A DNA stretch of 64,000 bases from Bdellovibrionales bacterium (lineage in GTDB: Bacteria; Bdellovibrionota; Bdellovibrionia; Bdellovibrionales; JAUICD01): positions 736,001-800,000 of the forward strand of contig OZ241865.1 of the NCBI GenBank assembly GCA_965203275.1, written 5' to 3'. Shown one piece after another: positions 28,696-39,316 of the stretch. A program made the position numbers and the translations under genes. Within the stretch, counting starts at the first letter, position 1; each line of letters begins with the position of its first letter. The notes below the pieces were generated by a model. The model ran no database searches and was not told the origin of the DNA. It saw only the letters and a program-made list of their open reading frames with translations.

Positions 28696-31335
28696 ATGTG
28701 TATGGATAAACGAAGATTTTTAAAATTGCTTGGCCCCGTCCTTACCTTATTGATTTTTGCCTATATCCCTGGTTCGGTGAAATCGTATGATATGCAAAAA
28801 TTAACTAAATGGGAAAGTGCTTACCTTAGTGAAATCAATCAATCCAGTCTTGCTTCAACAGATGCTACACCTCCACAAACACAGGTAGAATGTGCTAAGG
28901 ATCGTTATTCTCTTGTAGAAATCCAAAGGGATATTCACAAACTTTTGTCTGAAAATAATTTGTTAGAACCTTACAGTGGTGAGCAGACACAATGGCGAGG
29001 GATCTTCTTACAAGGACTACCGATAGGTCATGTTAATTATTTTTTAGGAGCTAGTGAAGCCTTATCAGACAGTATTGATGTGTCTAGTTGTCAAACAGCT
29101 CCTTGTATTTTCAACACAATTTACAATGAACCTCAAAATGATAAAAAAGGTTATATAGCTTTTTTATTTTTTCTTAAGACAGGTTATATACTTTCTGGAA
29201 TTAATAATCTTCCATCAGTCAGAGGTATTCATTTAAATACTACGGAAATTCCATTAGAAGCTTATTATTTTAAAGAGCGTGAATTTCATTGGATGTGGTT
29301 ATGGCTTCAAAACAATCCAGAAAGTCTTTTTAATCTTCAACATTTAAAAACAATGTATCGATTTCCTCAAAATTATTCTACAGGAATTTTTGGATGTGCT
29401 CTCGCCAGTAGTTGGGGGTGGGCATTGTTCAGCGATCCCTGTTTAAAAACTCAACTCGCATATTATAATAATCGAGAATGGTGGCAAGAAGACTCCATAA
29501 GCGAATTTGTAGGAGCAGAAGCAATAGAAACTATTTCTCATGAGATAGGTCATCATTATGATTATTCAGCTTTTGATGGTTATACTTGGCATGGGATTTC
29601 TGGTAAGGATGAATGGAGAGAGTTATCAAATTGGATACTTAATGAATACCATGACGATCAAGGAAGATTGGTAAGAGAATGGAACCATTCAGGAGGTGAA
29701 AGTGAATATGATGACTTTGTGAATAATTATGCTTCTACAAAACCCAGTGAAGATTTTGCAGACAGTCTAGCGGCCTTTCGCTTTTTCCCTGAAAGATTAA
29801 AAAGCCGTTCACCAAGAAAATTCGAATATTTAAAACAAAATGTTTTTAACAATAGGTCTTATACTTATGAGGGTACAAATGAATTCCTTAATACAAAAAT
29901 AACAACATTACTCCAATCAAAACAAAGCCAATGGCTTTCAATGTGTTTGCAACCAGAAGACCCTCAGTCTTTAACACCTGCTGAGTCTTTTGCAAATTTG
30001 CGTTTAGAATTTACAAACAGAAACTTAGACCATCAAATTTTTAATTGTTTTATACAAAATATGACTGTTAATGTAGAGGCAGAGCTTGCAAACTTTAAAC
30101 GTGAGGAAATAGAAGCTTGCTCTTTTCTTTCCACCAAGGACAAAAATTGGTGGCATAGTCTTTTTCTTCAAGAAACAATGCTATCTTCTTTTATGGTACT
30201 GTTAGATGATTTAGAAAGAACAAAACAAATCAATGAACAACTCCAAGCTTTCCGTCAAGTATTTAAAAGCAGATTTGATGCAGCCCGCATTGCTATTAGT
30301 TGCTACTCAAATGAAACAAGAGACTTATCTGTTGACCCATCTCCTCAACCTTTACAAAATGAAAGTTGCTTTGAATATAAATTAAATTTTTATATTGATT
30401 TGATTTTAGAAGGTTATGACTTGATCGACCAGAATACCCTTGCAGAACAAGGGGAAATGGAAATTTTAAACCAAAATTATAATTATTCTAAGTCCTACAC
30501 TGAGGCTAAAAATAGAGTCAAAAGGGTTATGCAAATCACTCCTGTAGATCTCAAGACAAAAGCCGATGGTTTAATCAGTCAATGCTCTCATACATCATTA
30601 AACTTAAATGAAAATCTTCGTGACCCTTATACAGGTCCTGAAGATACAGTATTGCAACCATGGTTTCTTAATTGTCTTAACCATAAATATAAAGACACAT
30701 TGACTGCCTTTTTACAATTATCACGAGGAGGTTATCGTACCCTAGACTTAGAGTTTCAGGAGTTTATTTATGGGATTTATAGTAAAGAATTTTTGCCTAT
30801 TTTAGATAGTAGCGTTCGAGATCTTATAGAAGCACAATATCCAAGATTAAACTTACTTAAAACCAATATTCTTTCTACTTTAAAGGCAGATTCGAAGTGG
30901 TATCTTGGGGCCAGTGCTACCAATGAAACTATTTTGGAATCTTGTTTAAGAAAGAGCAGAGAGCTAACATCTCGTCGTATGACAAGATTGATATTTGATC
31001 CCACAGCTTCTTTAACTTCTTTGCCTACAGAGATTTGCTCTGAGCTTTCCAGTCTAGAACCTTATAAGAGTTTCTTTAATCAAGGGTTGGTTTCATTGTA
31101 TGGAAAGATCGTTGAGCAATTATGGCATACTGTGGTACAGGAATGGAATATAGCTAAGGCTGATTGTAACTTAAAGAAATGGTGTTTAACTCTAAAAGTT
31201 GTTCCTGTTGTGATGAGTGCATGGCGTGTATGGAGCCAATCGAATCAAACAGTTATAGAGCAATACACAAAAAAAGAAAGACGTAGAATCATTCGATCGT
31301 TGATTTTAAAAGTCAAAAATAGCCTATTAAATTAA
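28696..31335 (+). CDS. Large exported Cys-rich protein with HExxH zinc metallopeptidase motif
   Basis: Signal-like N-terminus; HEIGH followed by YASTKPSEDFADS. Confidence 0.6.
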   Translation: MCMDKRRFLKLLGPVLTLLIFAYIPGSVKSYDMQKLTKWESAYLSEINQSSLASTDATPPQTQVECAKDRYSLVEIQRDIHKLLSENNLLEPYSGEQTQWRGIFLQGLPIGHVNYFLGASEALSDSIDVSSCQTAPCIFNTIYNEPQNDKKGYIAFLFFLKTGYILSGINNLPSVRGIHLNTTEIPLEAYYFKEREFHWMWLWLQNNPESLFNLQHLKTMYRFPQNYSTGIFGCALASSWGWALFSDPCLKTQLAYYNNREWWQEDSISEFVGAEAIETISHEIGHHYDYSAFDGYTWHGISGKDEWRELSNWILNEYHDDQGRLVREWNHSGGESEYDDFVNNYASTKPSEDFADSLAAFRFFPERLKSRSPRKFEYLKQNVFNNRSYTYEGTNEFLNTKITTLLQSKQSQWLSMCLQPEDPQSLTPAESFANLRLEFTNRNLDHQIFNCFIQNMTVNVEAELANFKREEIEACSFLSTKDKNWWHSLFLQETMLSSFMVLLDDLERTKQINEQLQAFRQVFKSRFDAARIAISCYSNETRDLSVDPSPQPLQNESCFEYKLNFYIDLILEGYDLIDQNTLAEQGEMEILNQNYNYSKSYTEAKNRVKRVMQITPVDLKTKADGLISQCSHTSLNLNENLRDPYTGPEDTVLQPWFLNCLNHKYKDTLTAFLQLSRGGYRTLDLEFQEFIYGIYSKEFLPILDSSVRDLIEAQYPRLNLLKTNILSTLKADSKWYLGASATNETILESCLRKSRELTSRRMTRLIFDPTASLTSLPTEICSELSSLEPYKSFFNQGLVSLYGKIVEQLWHTVVQEWNIAKADCNLKKWCLTLKVVPVVMSAWRVWSQSNQTVIEQYTKKERRRIIRSLILKVKNSLLN

Positions 31336-31444
31336 GTAGTCATTTCAAAAGTAATTTTTTCTGCCTTCTTCTGCGGATCATGTTTATTAAATAACCTGGC
31401 ACTTGTTTTAAGGTATGTGTCATAATGATTTTTTGTATATTGTT

Positions 31445-32875
31445 TTACTCTACATCAGGAATCAACAAGACCTGTCCAGCTCGCAATCGATTGGGATTAG
31501 AAATTTTATTTGCTTTTATCAGATGACGAAAAGGGATTTTAAATTTTTTAGCAATTTCTGAAAAAGTATCCCCTCTAGCCACTTTATATATAGTTGGCTC
31601 TGGAGGTACTTGTTGAGGGATATTTTGGACAAATTTCTGAGTTGTTCCTTGTTGGAGATATAATTTAGTCCCTTGAGGAATATTTTGATAACCCTTTCGG
31701 ATGCTCCTAGCTAAATGAGGGTTATATAAAAGAGCAAGCTGTCGATTGCCTTCAAAAAAGGAAAGTAAATAATTAAATGAAACAGGTTGTTGAATGCGAA
31801 TGGAGTCATATTTAAGTTTGTGAGCCCAAAGAGGTACTTTATTGTTTTCTTCTTTAAAATACTTATTAGCATTTTGTTCTACATACACAGCAGCTAAAAA
31901 ACTTAAATAAAAGTTGGCAGAAGCAAAACCAAATCGACGAGATCGTTTTTTGCTATCTATAATTTCAAAAAGATCAGAAGTGCCACGTCTTTTGAGTAAG
32001 CGTCGGACCCCATAAAGTCCGAAGTTATAAGCTGTGACAGCTAGAGACCAATCTTGTAATTTGTTAAAGTTATGTTTGAGTATTTTAGCAGCAGCTTGAG
32101 TGGCTGCAATAGGGTCGTTTCTTTCATCAATAAAAGGATTCACAATCATATATTGACGGCCTGTCCTAGGCATTAGTTGCCAAATACCACTGGCACCCAC
32201 TTTGGAGCGAGCTGCAAGATTAAAAGAGCTTTCTACAAATGGAAGTCTAGTTAGCTGTAATGGGAGGTCTGCCTTTTTAAAAATATCTTCCATTTCTTCT
32301 AAATAGCGTCCTGAATAAAAAATACCACGTAAAAAACGATCTTTTTGACCTAGTTGGAATCTCATGCGTTGGTCAGTAGCTGCTTTTTTGTATTTTTGCT
32401 TTTCTTCAATACGTTCAAATAATGTCCAGAGTCTCTTTTTTTTAGGAGACCATTCATCTTTTTGTTGTGATTCTTTGGATAAAGAAAGAATAAGTTTTTT
32501 GATATGTTCTTTTCTGTTTTTGACAAATTCTCGTTTTTTTGTGGCACGTTCTTGTGCCGTCAATTCAGGATTTTGTTCTATGTTAGAAAAATCAATTTTT
32601 TCGTACACAAGGTGTGGATAAAGAGAATCATGAATCACCCCTTGATGTGTTGTATGTTGAGAGTAAATATCAACCCAAAATTGCCAATTTTCTTTAAGCT
32701 TTTCCGGTACGGCAAATAATTCTGTTGTCTGATATGTGGGAGGTTGCCAAGCTCGAGATTCTTCTTCTTCTAAACTATGTGTGTATTCCTGATGGTTGAC
32801 AACAGCCCCCCAGGCCACAGAAGTACTAAAGATCATATAAATACTTAGTTTGAAACACATTTTAAACATCATCAT
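31445..32875 (-). CDS. Lytic transglycosylase with C-terminal LysM domain (MltD-like)
   Basis: LPFVESSF, SKVGASGIWQLM, AYNFG; LysM YKVARGDTFSEIA. Confidence 0.9.
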   Translation of the reverse strand: MMMFKMCFKLSIYMIFSTSVAWGAVVNHQEYTHSLEEEESRAWQPPTYQTTELFAVPEKLKENWQFWVDIYSQHTTHQGVIHDSLYPHLVYEKIDFSNIEQNPELTAQERATKKREFVKNRKEHIKKLILSLSKESQQKDEWSPKKKRLWTLFERIEEKQKYKKAATDQRMRFQLGQKDRFLRGIFYSGRYLEEMEDIFKKADLPLQLTRLPFVESSFNLAARSKVGASGIWQLMPRTGRQYMIVNPFIDERNDPIAATQAAAKILKHNFNKLQDWSLAVTAYNFGLYGVRRLLKRRGTSDLFEIIDSKKRSRRFGFASANFYLSFLAAVYVEQNANKYFKEENNKVPLWAHKLKYDSIRIQQPVSFNYLLSFFEGNRQLALLYNPHLARSIRKGYQNIPQGTKLYLQQGTTQKFVQNIPQQVPPEPTIYKVARGDTFSEIAKKFKIPFRHLIKANKISNPNRLRAGQVLLIPDVE

Positions 32876-33210
32876 TATATTATAACAAAGATCAAAAAAA
32901 ATACAATAGGGTATATGAAAACGCTTATATTTTTTTTAACTATAGATATTAAATGTCTAATTTATTTATACATTCATACGGGTGCATTCATTAAATATGT
33001 AAGAAAAATGAATTTTTATAAGGCATTATCTTTATTATGTCAAAATTTATGTCAAAAATAATATTTATGGCACAAAATTTGCTTTTATTTACTGCACAAT
33101 TGCTTCTTGAAATAGAAAGAGATCATCATTGATCGAATATAGCTTATACAGATGTATTCACCAATCGATAGGTTTGTTTGATATAGTTCTTAGAGAGCAA
33201 TATCTTAGAT

Positions 33211-34647
33211 CTATAATGAATACAAACTCAGTATAAGTTGATCTATAAATTGAATTACTTTATGATTGGGTTTTTTGCCGTTGTATATAACAGCAAAAGT
33301 TTTGATCCCTTGGTTTTGAGTTTGAACATACCCTGCAAGTCCAATGACACCATCAAGCTGTCCAGACTTTGCACGTACTTGGCCTTTAGCAGACTTCATA
33401 CGATTTTTGAGTGTGCCGTCCTGTCCTGCAATAGGCAAGGATGAAATAAACTCATAACTAGAAGAAAAATGGCTATGGTATATTTGAAGGAGCTTGACAA
33501 GACTGTGAGCTTTTAAACGATTTTGACGAGAAAGTCCTGCTGCATTGGATGTTATAAAATCTTTTGATGAAAATCCCAGTGATTGTATATGTGAATGAAC
33601 AACTCTTAGGCCGTCTGATAAATTGCCCACTTGTGACCCAGCGACTAATGCTAATTGATTTGTGAGCATTTCAGCGATGAAATTATTAGAATATTTCATC
33701 ATCAGACGTATCAATTCAGAGACAGTCTCTCCTGAAGAAGAGGCTACAACTTGAGCATCAGAAGGTACTTGGCCTTTTTTAATTTGTCCTTGTACATGGA
33801 CACCTCTTTGTTTTAAAAAAGCTTTTAAATTAGCTCCTGTCCAAAGATCTGGATGATTGATTTTTCTGTAATAAGCTTTTTCTTTATGACCTAAAGGAAT
33901 ACTCCCTGAAACTTCCACAAGATTTATTTTTTCTGATGGTTGCGATAAAGTAGCAGTCCGAATAGTGGCTTTTAATCTTCGGCCTTTTGTTTTTATTTTG
34001 TTAATTAATTGAATGGGTTCGTCAATAGGATCTAAATAAATAAAAGCAGGTGCGTTCTTTTTAGGTCCAGGAGATAAAAAGATATTGATGGCATTCCAAT
34101 TAAAAGATAAAGCTCCAATAGGAGCATCGTATGCCCTGTCAGTGGGTTGAGGCAATCTATGAGGGTCTCTTCTTATTGAATCAAACAAGGAATCATCTAT
34201 AATAATGTCCCCTTGAATTTGACTGATTTGTTTCCGCATTAGCTCATTAACAAGATACCACATTTTTTCTGAAGTAAAGGAAGGATCTCCAAAACCCTTT
34301 AAATATAAAGGACCTTGCAATAGACCCTCTTTAATTTTGTTTTTAATTAAAAGCTGTGTTTCAAAAGTATGGCCCGGATCAAAAGTATTCAGCACAGCAC
34401 CTGCTATCAGAATTTTAGTAAGAGAGGCTGGTATTCTAGGGATTTCACCGTGGAGAGCATAATTAAAATGGCCTGTAGATATATCTTTAATGACCAAACT
34501 TAAATCTGATGAACGAATGCGATGTTGTTTTATGAGCCGATGGATATTTTTTTGAAAGATAGAGTTTGTATTGGTTTTTGTGTTCGTTGTATAAGCCGGA
34601 GTCACATACAAAAGAAAAATTATAAAATATATTATTTTTTTCATCAT
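33211..34647 (-). CDS. dacB: D-alanyl-D-alanine carboxypeptidase/endopeptidase (PBP4)
   Basis: PASLTK (SxxK), GFGDPS, SNN (SxN), AKSG (KTG-like). Confidence 0.9.
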   Translation of the reverse strand: MMKKIIYFIIFLLYVTPAYTTNTKTNTNSIFQKNIHRLIKQHRIRSSDLSLVIKDISTGHFNYALHGEIPRIPASLTKILIAGAVLNTFDPGHTFETQLLIKNKIKEGLLQGPLYLKGFGDPSFTSEKMWYLVNELMRKQISQIQGDIIIDDSLFDSIRRDPHRLPQPTDRAYDAPIGALSFNWNAINIFLSPGPKKNAPAFIYLDPIDEPIQLINKIKTKGRRLKATIRTATLSQPSEKINLVEVSGSIPLGHKEKAYYRKINHPDLWTGANLKAFLKQRGVHVQGQIKKGQVPSDAQVVASSSGETVSELIRLMMKYSNNFIAEMLTNQLALVAGSQVGNLSDGLRVVHSHIQSLGFSSKDFITSNAAGLSRQNRLKAHSLVKLLQIYHSHFSSSYEFISSLPIAGQDGTLKNRMKSAKGQVRAKSGQLDGVIGLAGYVQTQNQGIKTFAVIYNGKKPNHKVIQFIDQLILSLYSL

Positions 34648-34676
34648 TTAACTCCTGTCATATCCCATAAAGTTGT

Positions 34677-35498
34677 TTAAATATCTTCTTTTAGGTTGAT
34701 TTTGTGTTTTTCTGCTTTGATGCCTTTTTGAAGAATTTTAATAATATGTTGAGTCAACAAATCCTCAAGTGGTTTTATATTTCCTACATCAGAAAAAACA
34801 ATAGCTTTAATATACTCATTGCGATCATTTAAAATAATAGGCAAAAAGTCTAAACGGATGAGTATATAATTCATAAGTAGTCTGATGACTCGTCCATTGC
34901 CATCATCAAAGGGATGAATTAAAATAAATCGCCTGTGCAATTCAGAAAGAAAAGTCACAATGTTTTGACATTGATCTTCTGTGCTTTGATGGAGCCACTT
35001 TCTGATCCATTCTGTAATTTCTGCCATAAGTATTGGTGTTTCTTCAGGAGAAGCAAATTGAAATATTTCTCCTGTTTCTGTTAATACATGGTTAGGGTGT
35101 GTTTTATATTGACCAGGGATGATCTTTTTACGTGTGGGTTGTCCAGTAGGACTTTGGGCTATTGTATAAAATGGTTCTTTTAAGCAGATTTTATTCAAGT
35201 CTCGTATATCTACCTCTCTTATAATATGTTTCTCTTTGGCAAGACGACATATATAATCAAAAGCTACGTTATGGGCTTTCATTTCTTCATATTCTCTCAG
35301 CTTGTGGTCCCCTGTTGCACGGCCATGGATTAAAAGCAATTGAGTTTCGCTATAAGTCAGAGTATTACCTTCAAAATGATTGGATGTGTAATTAAACTGC
35401 ATACGAATCCATTGCCATAGAGCCTGATGATGTAGCTTAGGTAGAGGCAAGAGGTCCAACCATTGATTACGTAATTGAGAAATTTGTTCTAAAGTCAT
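34677..35498 (-). CDS. Fic family protein (class II, N-terminal inhibitory motif)
   Basis: HPFDDGNGRVIR catalytic motif; SNHFEG inhibitory (S/T)xxxE(G/N) motif. Confidence 0.92.
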   Translation of the reverse strand: MTLEQISQLRNQWLDLLPLPKLHHQALWQWIRMQFNYTSNHFEGNTLTYSETQLLLIHGRATGDHKLREYEEMKAHNVAFDYICRLAKEKHIIREVDIRDLNKICLKEPFYTIAQSPTGQPTRKKIIPGQYKTHPNHVLTETGEIFQFASPEETPILMAEITEWIRKWLHQSTEDQCQNIVTFLSELHRRFILIHPFDDGNGRVIRLLMNYILIRLDFLPIILNDRNEYIKAIVFSDVGNIKPLEDLLTQHIIKILQKGIKAEKHKINLKEDI

Positions 35499-35555
35499 AT
35501 CATTTCTCTTGTTAATTTATATTTATTATATTTATTATATTTACTGTTATATTTG

Positions 35556-38246
35556 TCATTGTGTTATCAAACTAGCTCTGGCAGCAGCAAGTCTAGCAAT
35601 AGGTACACGATAAGGTGAACAGCTCACATAATCTAATCCCACTTGATGAAAAAACTCAATGCTTTGTGGATCACCTCCATGTTCTCCGCAAATGCCCATC
35701 TTTAACCCTGGCTTAGCTTTACGACCTAGATGCACAGCTAACTTCACTAGAGCTCCCACACCTTTTTGATCTAAACTGACAAAAGGGTCTCTCTCATAAA
35801 TACCACGAGTAACATAATTGCTCAAAAACAAAGTGGCATCATCCCTTGAAAGTCCTAAAGCTGTCTGTGTTAAATCATTTGTACCAAAGCTAAAGAAATC
35901 TACAACCTCAGCAATTTCATCAGCTGTCACAGCAGCTCTTGGTAATTCAATCATTGTTCCTATTAAAAAAGAAAATGACACTCCCTTGATCTTTTGAACA
36001 GATAAGATCTGACTGCGAATTTCTTGCTTAATGACGTCAACTTCTTTCCGAGTAGAAACTAAGGGGATCATAATTTCTACAAGAGGTTGCTCTTGAGAGT
36101 TATCCTGAAAAAGATTAACAGAAGAAGAAAGCATCACCTTTGAAACAGCTTCTGCAATAGCTTGGGATTGCATTTTATAAATCTCAGGATAAGTAATAGC
36201 TAGACGACAACCTCGATGCCCTAACATAGGATTGCTTTCTCTTAAATTCTGCACACGTAAGTGTAGTTTCTTTTCATCCATTTGCAATCGCCTTGCAAGA
36301 GCCATTATTTGCTCTTTTGTTTGAGGTAAAAACTCGTGTAATGGAGGATCTAATAAGCGAATAGTCACAGGTAATCCCTGCATTTCTTGGAATAAAGCTA
36401 TAAAGTCATTTTTTTGTATAGGAAGTAGCTCATTTAAGGCTTCTTGTCTTTCTGATAAGGAGTCGGCAAGAATCATTTTTCTGACAATATCAATCCGTCG
36501 AGGATCAAAAAACATGTGTTCTGTACGACATAAACCAATACCTTCACTGCCAAAGCTTCTGGCTTGTCTGGCGTCCTGTGGTGTATCTACATTGCTACGA
36601 ATTTTAAGCTTTCTATAACGGTCGGCAAGCTCTAATAATTTTTGAAAATCTCCTGCTAGTTGCGGTGGACAGGTTTTACTCTTCCCTTTAAGTACCTGGC
36701 CAGAACTTCCATCAATTGTAATAAAATCCCCTGCTTTGAGGGTTTGACCATTGACTTTTAATAGTTGTTTCTCTTCATCTATGTCAAGATCTCCACAACC
36801 TACAATGCAAGGTTTGCCCATCCCTCTAGCCACAACAGCTGCATGAGATGTCATACCTCCTCTTGCAGTTAAAATACCAGTGGATGCAATCATACCATGG
36901 ATATCCTCTGGCGAAGTTTCAAGTCTCACCAAAATAACACTCTCATTTTGCATCTTTAAAGCTTCTGCCTCTTGATTTTTAAATGTAATTCTTCCTACAG
37001 CTGCCCCTGGACTGGCTGGCAAGCCCTGTGCTAGAACAGCTTCTAAATCTATTTGAGAATCTAAAGTGGGATGCAAAAGTTTATCTAAACTTGCAGGGTC
37101 TATACGTAAAAGGGCTTCTTTTTCTGTAATTAAACCTTCTTTGAACATATCCATAGCAATCTTCAATCCTGCCTGAGGTGAACGCTTTCCACTACGAGTC
37201 TGCAAAAGCCAAAGATAACCCTTTTCAATAGTGAATTCTATATCCTGCATATCTCGAAAATAAATTTCTAACTTATGAGCAATAGACAGTAACTGTTTGA
37301 AAATATCTGGCATAAGACATTCGAGTGATTTCTGATGAGGTTTTTTAACAGAGGCTTTTGTAAGAGGATCTGGAGTTTTTAAACCTGCAACTACATCTTC
37401 CCCTTGAGCCTTCAATAAATATTCTCCAAAAAACACTTTTTGACCTGTAGAAGGATCACGTGTAAAAGCCACACCTGTTGCTGAGTGATCTCCTAAGTTA
37501 CCAAAGACCATAGACTGTACATTGACAGCTGTACCCCACTGATCACTATAGCCATGGAGTTTACGATATGTTTGAGCCCTAGAAGTATTCCAACTTTCAA
37601 AAACAGAACAAATAGCATTCCAAAGCTGTTCGTAAGGATCATCGGGGAATATTTGCCCTGTTTCAGTTAATATTTGAGATTTAAATTGTTTCACAATAGA
37701 CTTTAAATCCTCTACATCAAAGTTGTCACCTTTTTGAGCTTGTATATCTTCTACAATAACCTCTAAGGCACTATAGTTCATACCCATCACTACATTGGCA
37801 TACATTTGAATAAATCGACGATAAGAATCCCATGCAAAAAAAGCATCTCCAGAAATTCTAACAAGAGATTCTAGTGTTTGGCTGTTGAGTCCTAAATTAA
37901 GGATGGTATCCATCATCCCTGGCATACTTACTCTAGCTCCTGAACGTACGCTGAGTAGTAAAGGATTTTGGGTGCCTCCAAAAGACTTTCCTGTGATTTG
38001 TTGAATATAAGAGAGGGCTTTTTTGACCTGTGATTGCACTTCTGTTGGCAGGGTTTTGTTGTTCTCATAATAAATATGACATATTTTTGTAGATATAGTA
38101 AAGCCTGGTGGGACAGGCAAACCCAGAGCAGACATTTGAGCTAAATGACTCCCTTTACTGCCTAAAATATTTTTCATTTCTGCATGGCCGTCTGTTTTTT
38201 CTTTTGAGAAAAAATATAAAAACTTTTCTGTTAGGTGGATACTCAT
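35556..38246 (-). CDS. ppdK: Pyruvate, phosphate dikinase
   Basis: SVRSGARVSMPGMMDT, GGMTSHAAVVARG, GIGLCRTEHMF, FSFGTNDLTQ. Confidence 0.97.
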   Translation of the reverse strand: MSIHLTEKFLYFFSKEKTDGHAEMKNILGSKGSHLAQMSALGLPVPPGFTISTKICHIYYENNKTLPTEVQSQVKKALSYIQQITGKSFGGTQNPLLLSVRSGARVSMPGMMDTILNLGLNSQTLESLVRISGDAFFAWDSYRRFIQMYANVVMGMNYSALEVIVEDIQAQKGDNFDVEDLKSIVKQFKSQILTETGQIFPDDPYEQLWNAICSVFESWNTSRAQTYRKLHGYSDQWGTAVNVQSMVFGNLGDHSATGVAFTRDPSTGQKVFFGEYLLKAQGEDVVAGLKTPDPLTKASVKKPHQKSLECLMPDIFKQLLSIAHKLEIYFRDMQDIEFTIEKGYLWLLQTRSGKRSPQAGLKIAMDMFKEGLITEKEALLRIDPASLDKLLHPTLDSQIDLEAVLAQGLPASPGAAVGRITFKNQEAEALKMQNESVILVRLETSPEDIHGMIASTGILTARGGMTSHAAVVARGMGKPCIVGCGDLDIDEEKQLLKVNGQTLKAGDFITIDGSSGQVLKGKSKTCPPQLAGDFQKLLELADRYRKLKIRSNVDTPQDARQARSFGSEGIGLCRTEHMFFDPRRIDIVRKMILADSLSERQEALNELLPIQKNDFIALFQEMQGLPVTIRLLDPPLHEFLPQTKEQIMALARRLQMDEKKLHLRVQNLRESNPMLGHRGCRLAITYPEIYKMQSQAIAEAVSKVMLSSSVNLFQDNSQEQPLVEIMIPLVSTRKEVDVIKQEIRSQILSVQKIKGVSFSFLIGTMIELPRAAVTADEIAEVVDFFSFGTNDLTQTALGLSRDDATLFLSNYVTRGIYERDPFVSLDQKGVGALVKLAVHLGRKAKPGLKMGICGEHGGDPQSIEFFHQVGLDYVSCSPYRVPIARLAAARASLITQ

Positions 38247-38379
38247 AATGAGTTTTCCTTTGTGAATTTGTCCTTTGTGAATTTATTTTTTAAAAACTAG
38301 GGTTTCGAATATAAGTAGTTTGTAAAAGCATATATCATTCTATATTTTATCCGTCAATTGTCTTTTTTACTCACTGTCT

Positions 38380-39281
38380 TTTTCACTAAAAGTGGTCAAG
38401 CTTTCTAGGTTGCCAGCATTTAAGAAGGCGGTAGCCTTCGGCTGGCAACCAGAAAGTGACCAGAGGTCAGACCACTTTTAGTGAAACAACCCGGGATCCG
38501 GGATCTGGCAACCGGCATCAGGTCCTAAAACTGAACTTTTTCCTTAACATTTCACTCAAAATGAGCCACACCTCTGGTGTGTTTTTTGGTGTTGCCTGCA
38601 AAGGCTTTCGCCTTTGACAAAATAGGCAACACCTAAAAAATCCACTCATTTTGAGTAGGGGAGGATCCTTTTATTCTTTTACATCATGTTAAGGAAAATT
38701 TCTTTTATTACCTCAAGAGCAAGCAGTTTGCGATAAAGGAACTTTTTCCTTAACATGATGTTTATCCGGGATCTGGGATCCGGCAACCCGGCATCAGGTC
38801 CTAAAACTGAACTTTTTCCCTAACATCGTGTTAAAAAAACGAAGGGATCCTCTTTACTAAAAGTAAACGGACTTTTGAGGTTGCCAGCCTTTGATCGACG
38901 GCGGTAGCCGTCGGGCTGGCTACCCAAAAGTGACCAGAGGTCAGTTTACTTTTAGTGAGACAAACCCTTAACATGGTGTTAAAAGAGGAAAGGATCCTTC
39001 CTACTAAAAGTAAACGGACTTTTGAGGTTGCCAGCCTTTGATCGACGGCGGTAGCCGTCGGGCTGGCTACCCAAAAGTGACCAGAGGTCAGTTTACTTTT
39101 AGTGAGACAAACCCTTAACATCGTGTAAAGAGACGAGAGGATCCTCCCTACTAAAAGTAAACGGACTTTTGAGGTAGCCAGCCTTTGATCGACGACGAAA
39201 GTCGTCGGGCTGGCTATCCAAAAGCAACCAGAGGTTGGTTTACTTTTAGTGAACCAGAGGCATGATGCATTTTGAGTGAAA
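38380..39281. repeat. Modular palindromic repeat cluster 5, with three head-to-tail ~147-bp units at ~38820-39251
   Basis: Bounded by TTTTCACTAAAAGT and ATTTTGAGTGAAA; heptamer runs near 38490 and 38765. Confidence 0.92.
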
Positions 39282-39316
39282 AAAAATACTTGCTATAAAG
39301 AAGTAAATCCTATAAT

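Noticed and set aside
38818..39253. Integron attC cassette array (CCTTAAC...GTTAAG resembles R''/R' boxes; bulged base)
   Set aside because: AAC and GTT are only ~5 bp apart instead of enclosing the long hairpin; units do not alternate with ORF cassettes; no intI gene. Kept only as an analogy.
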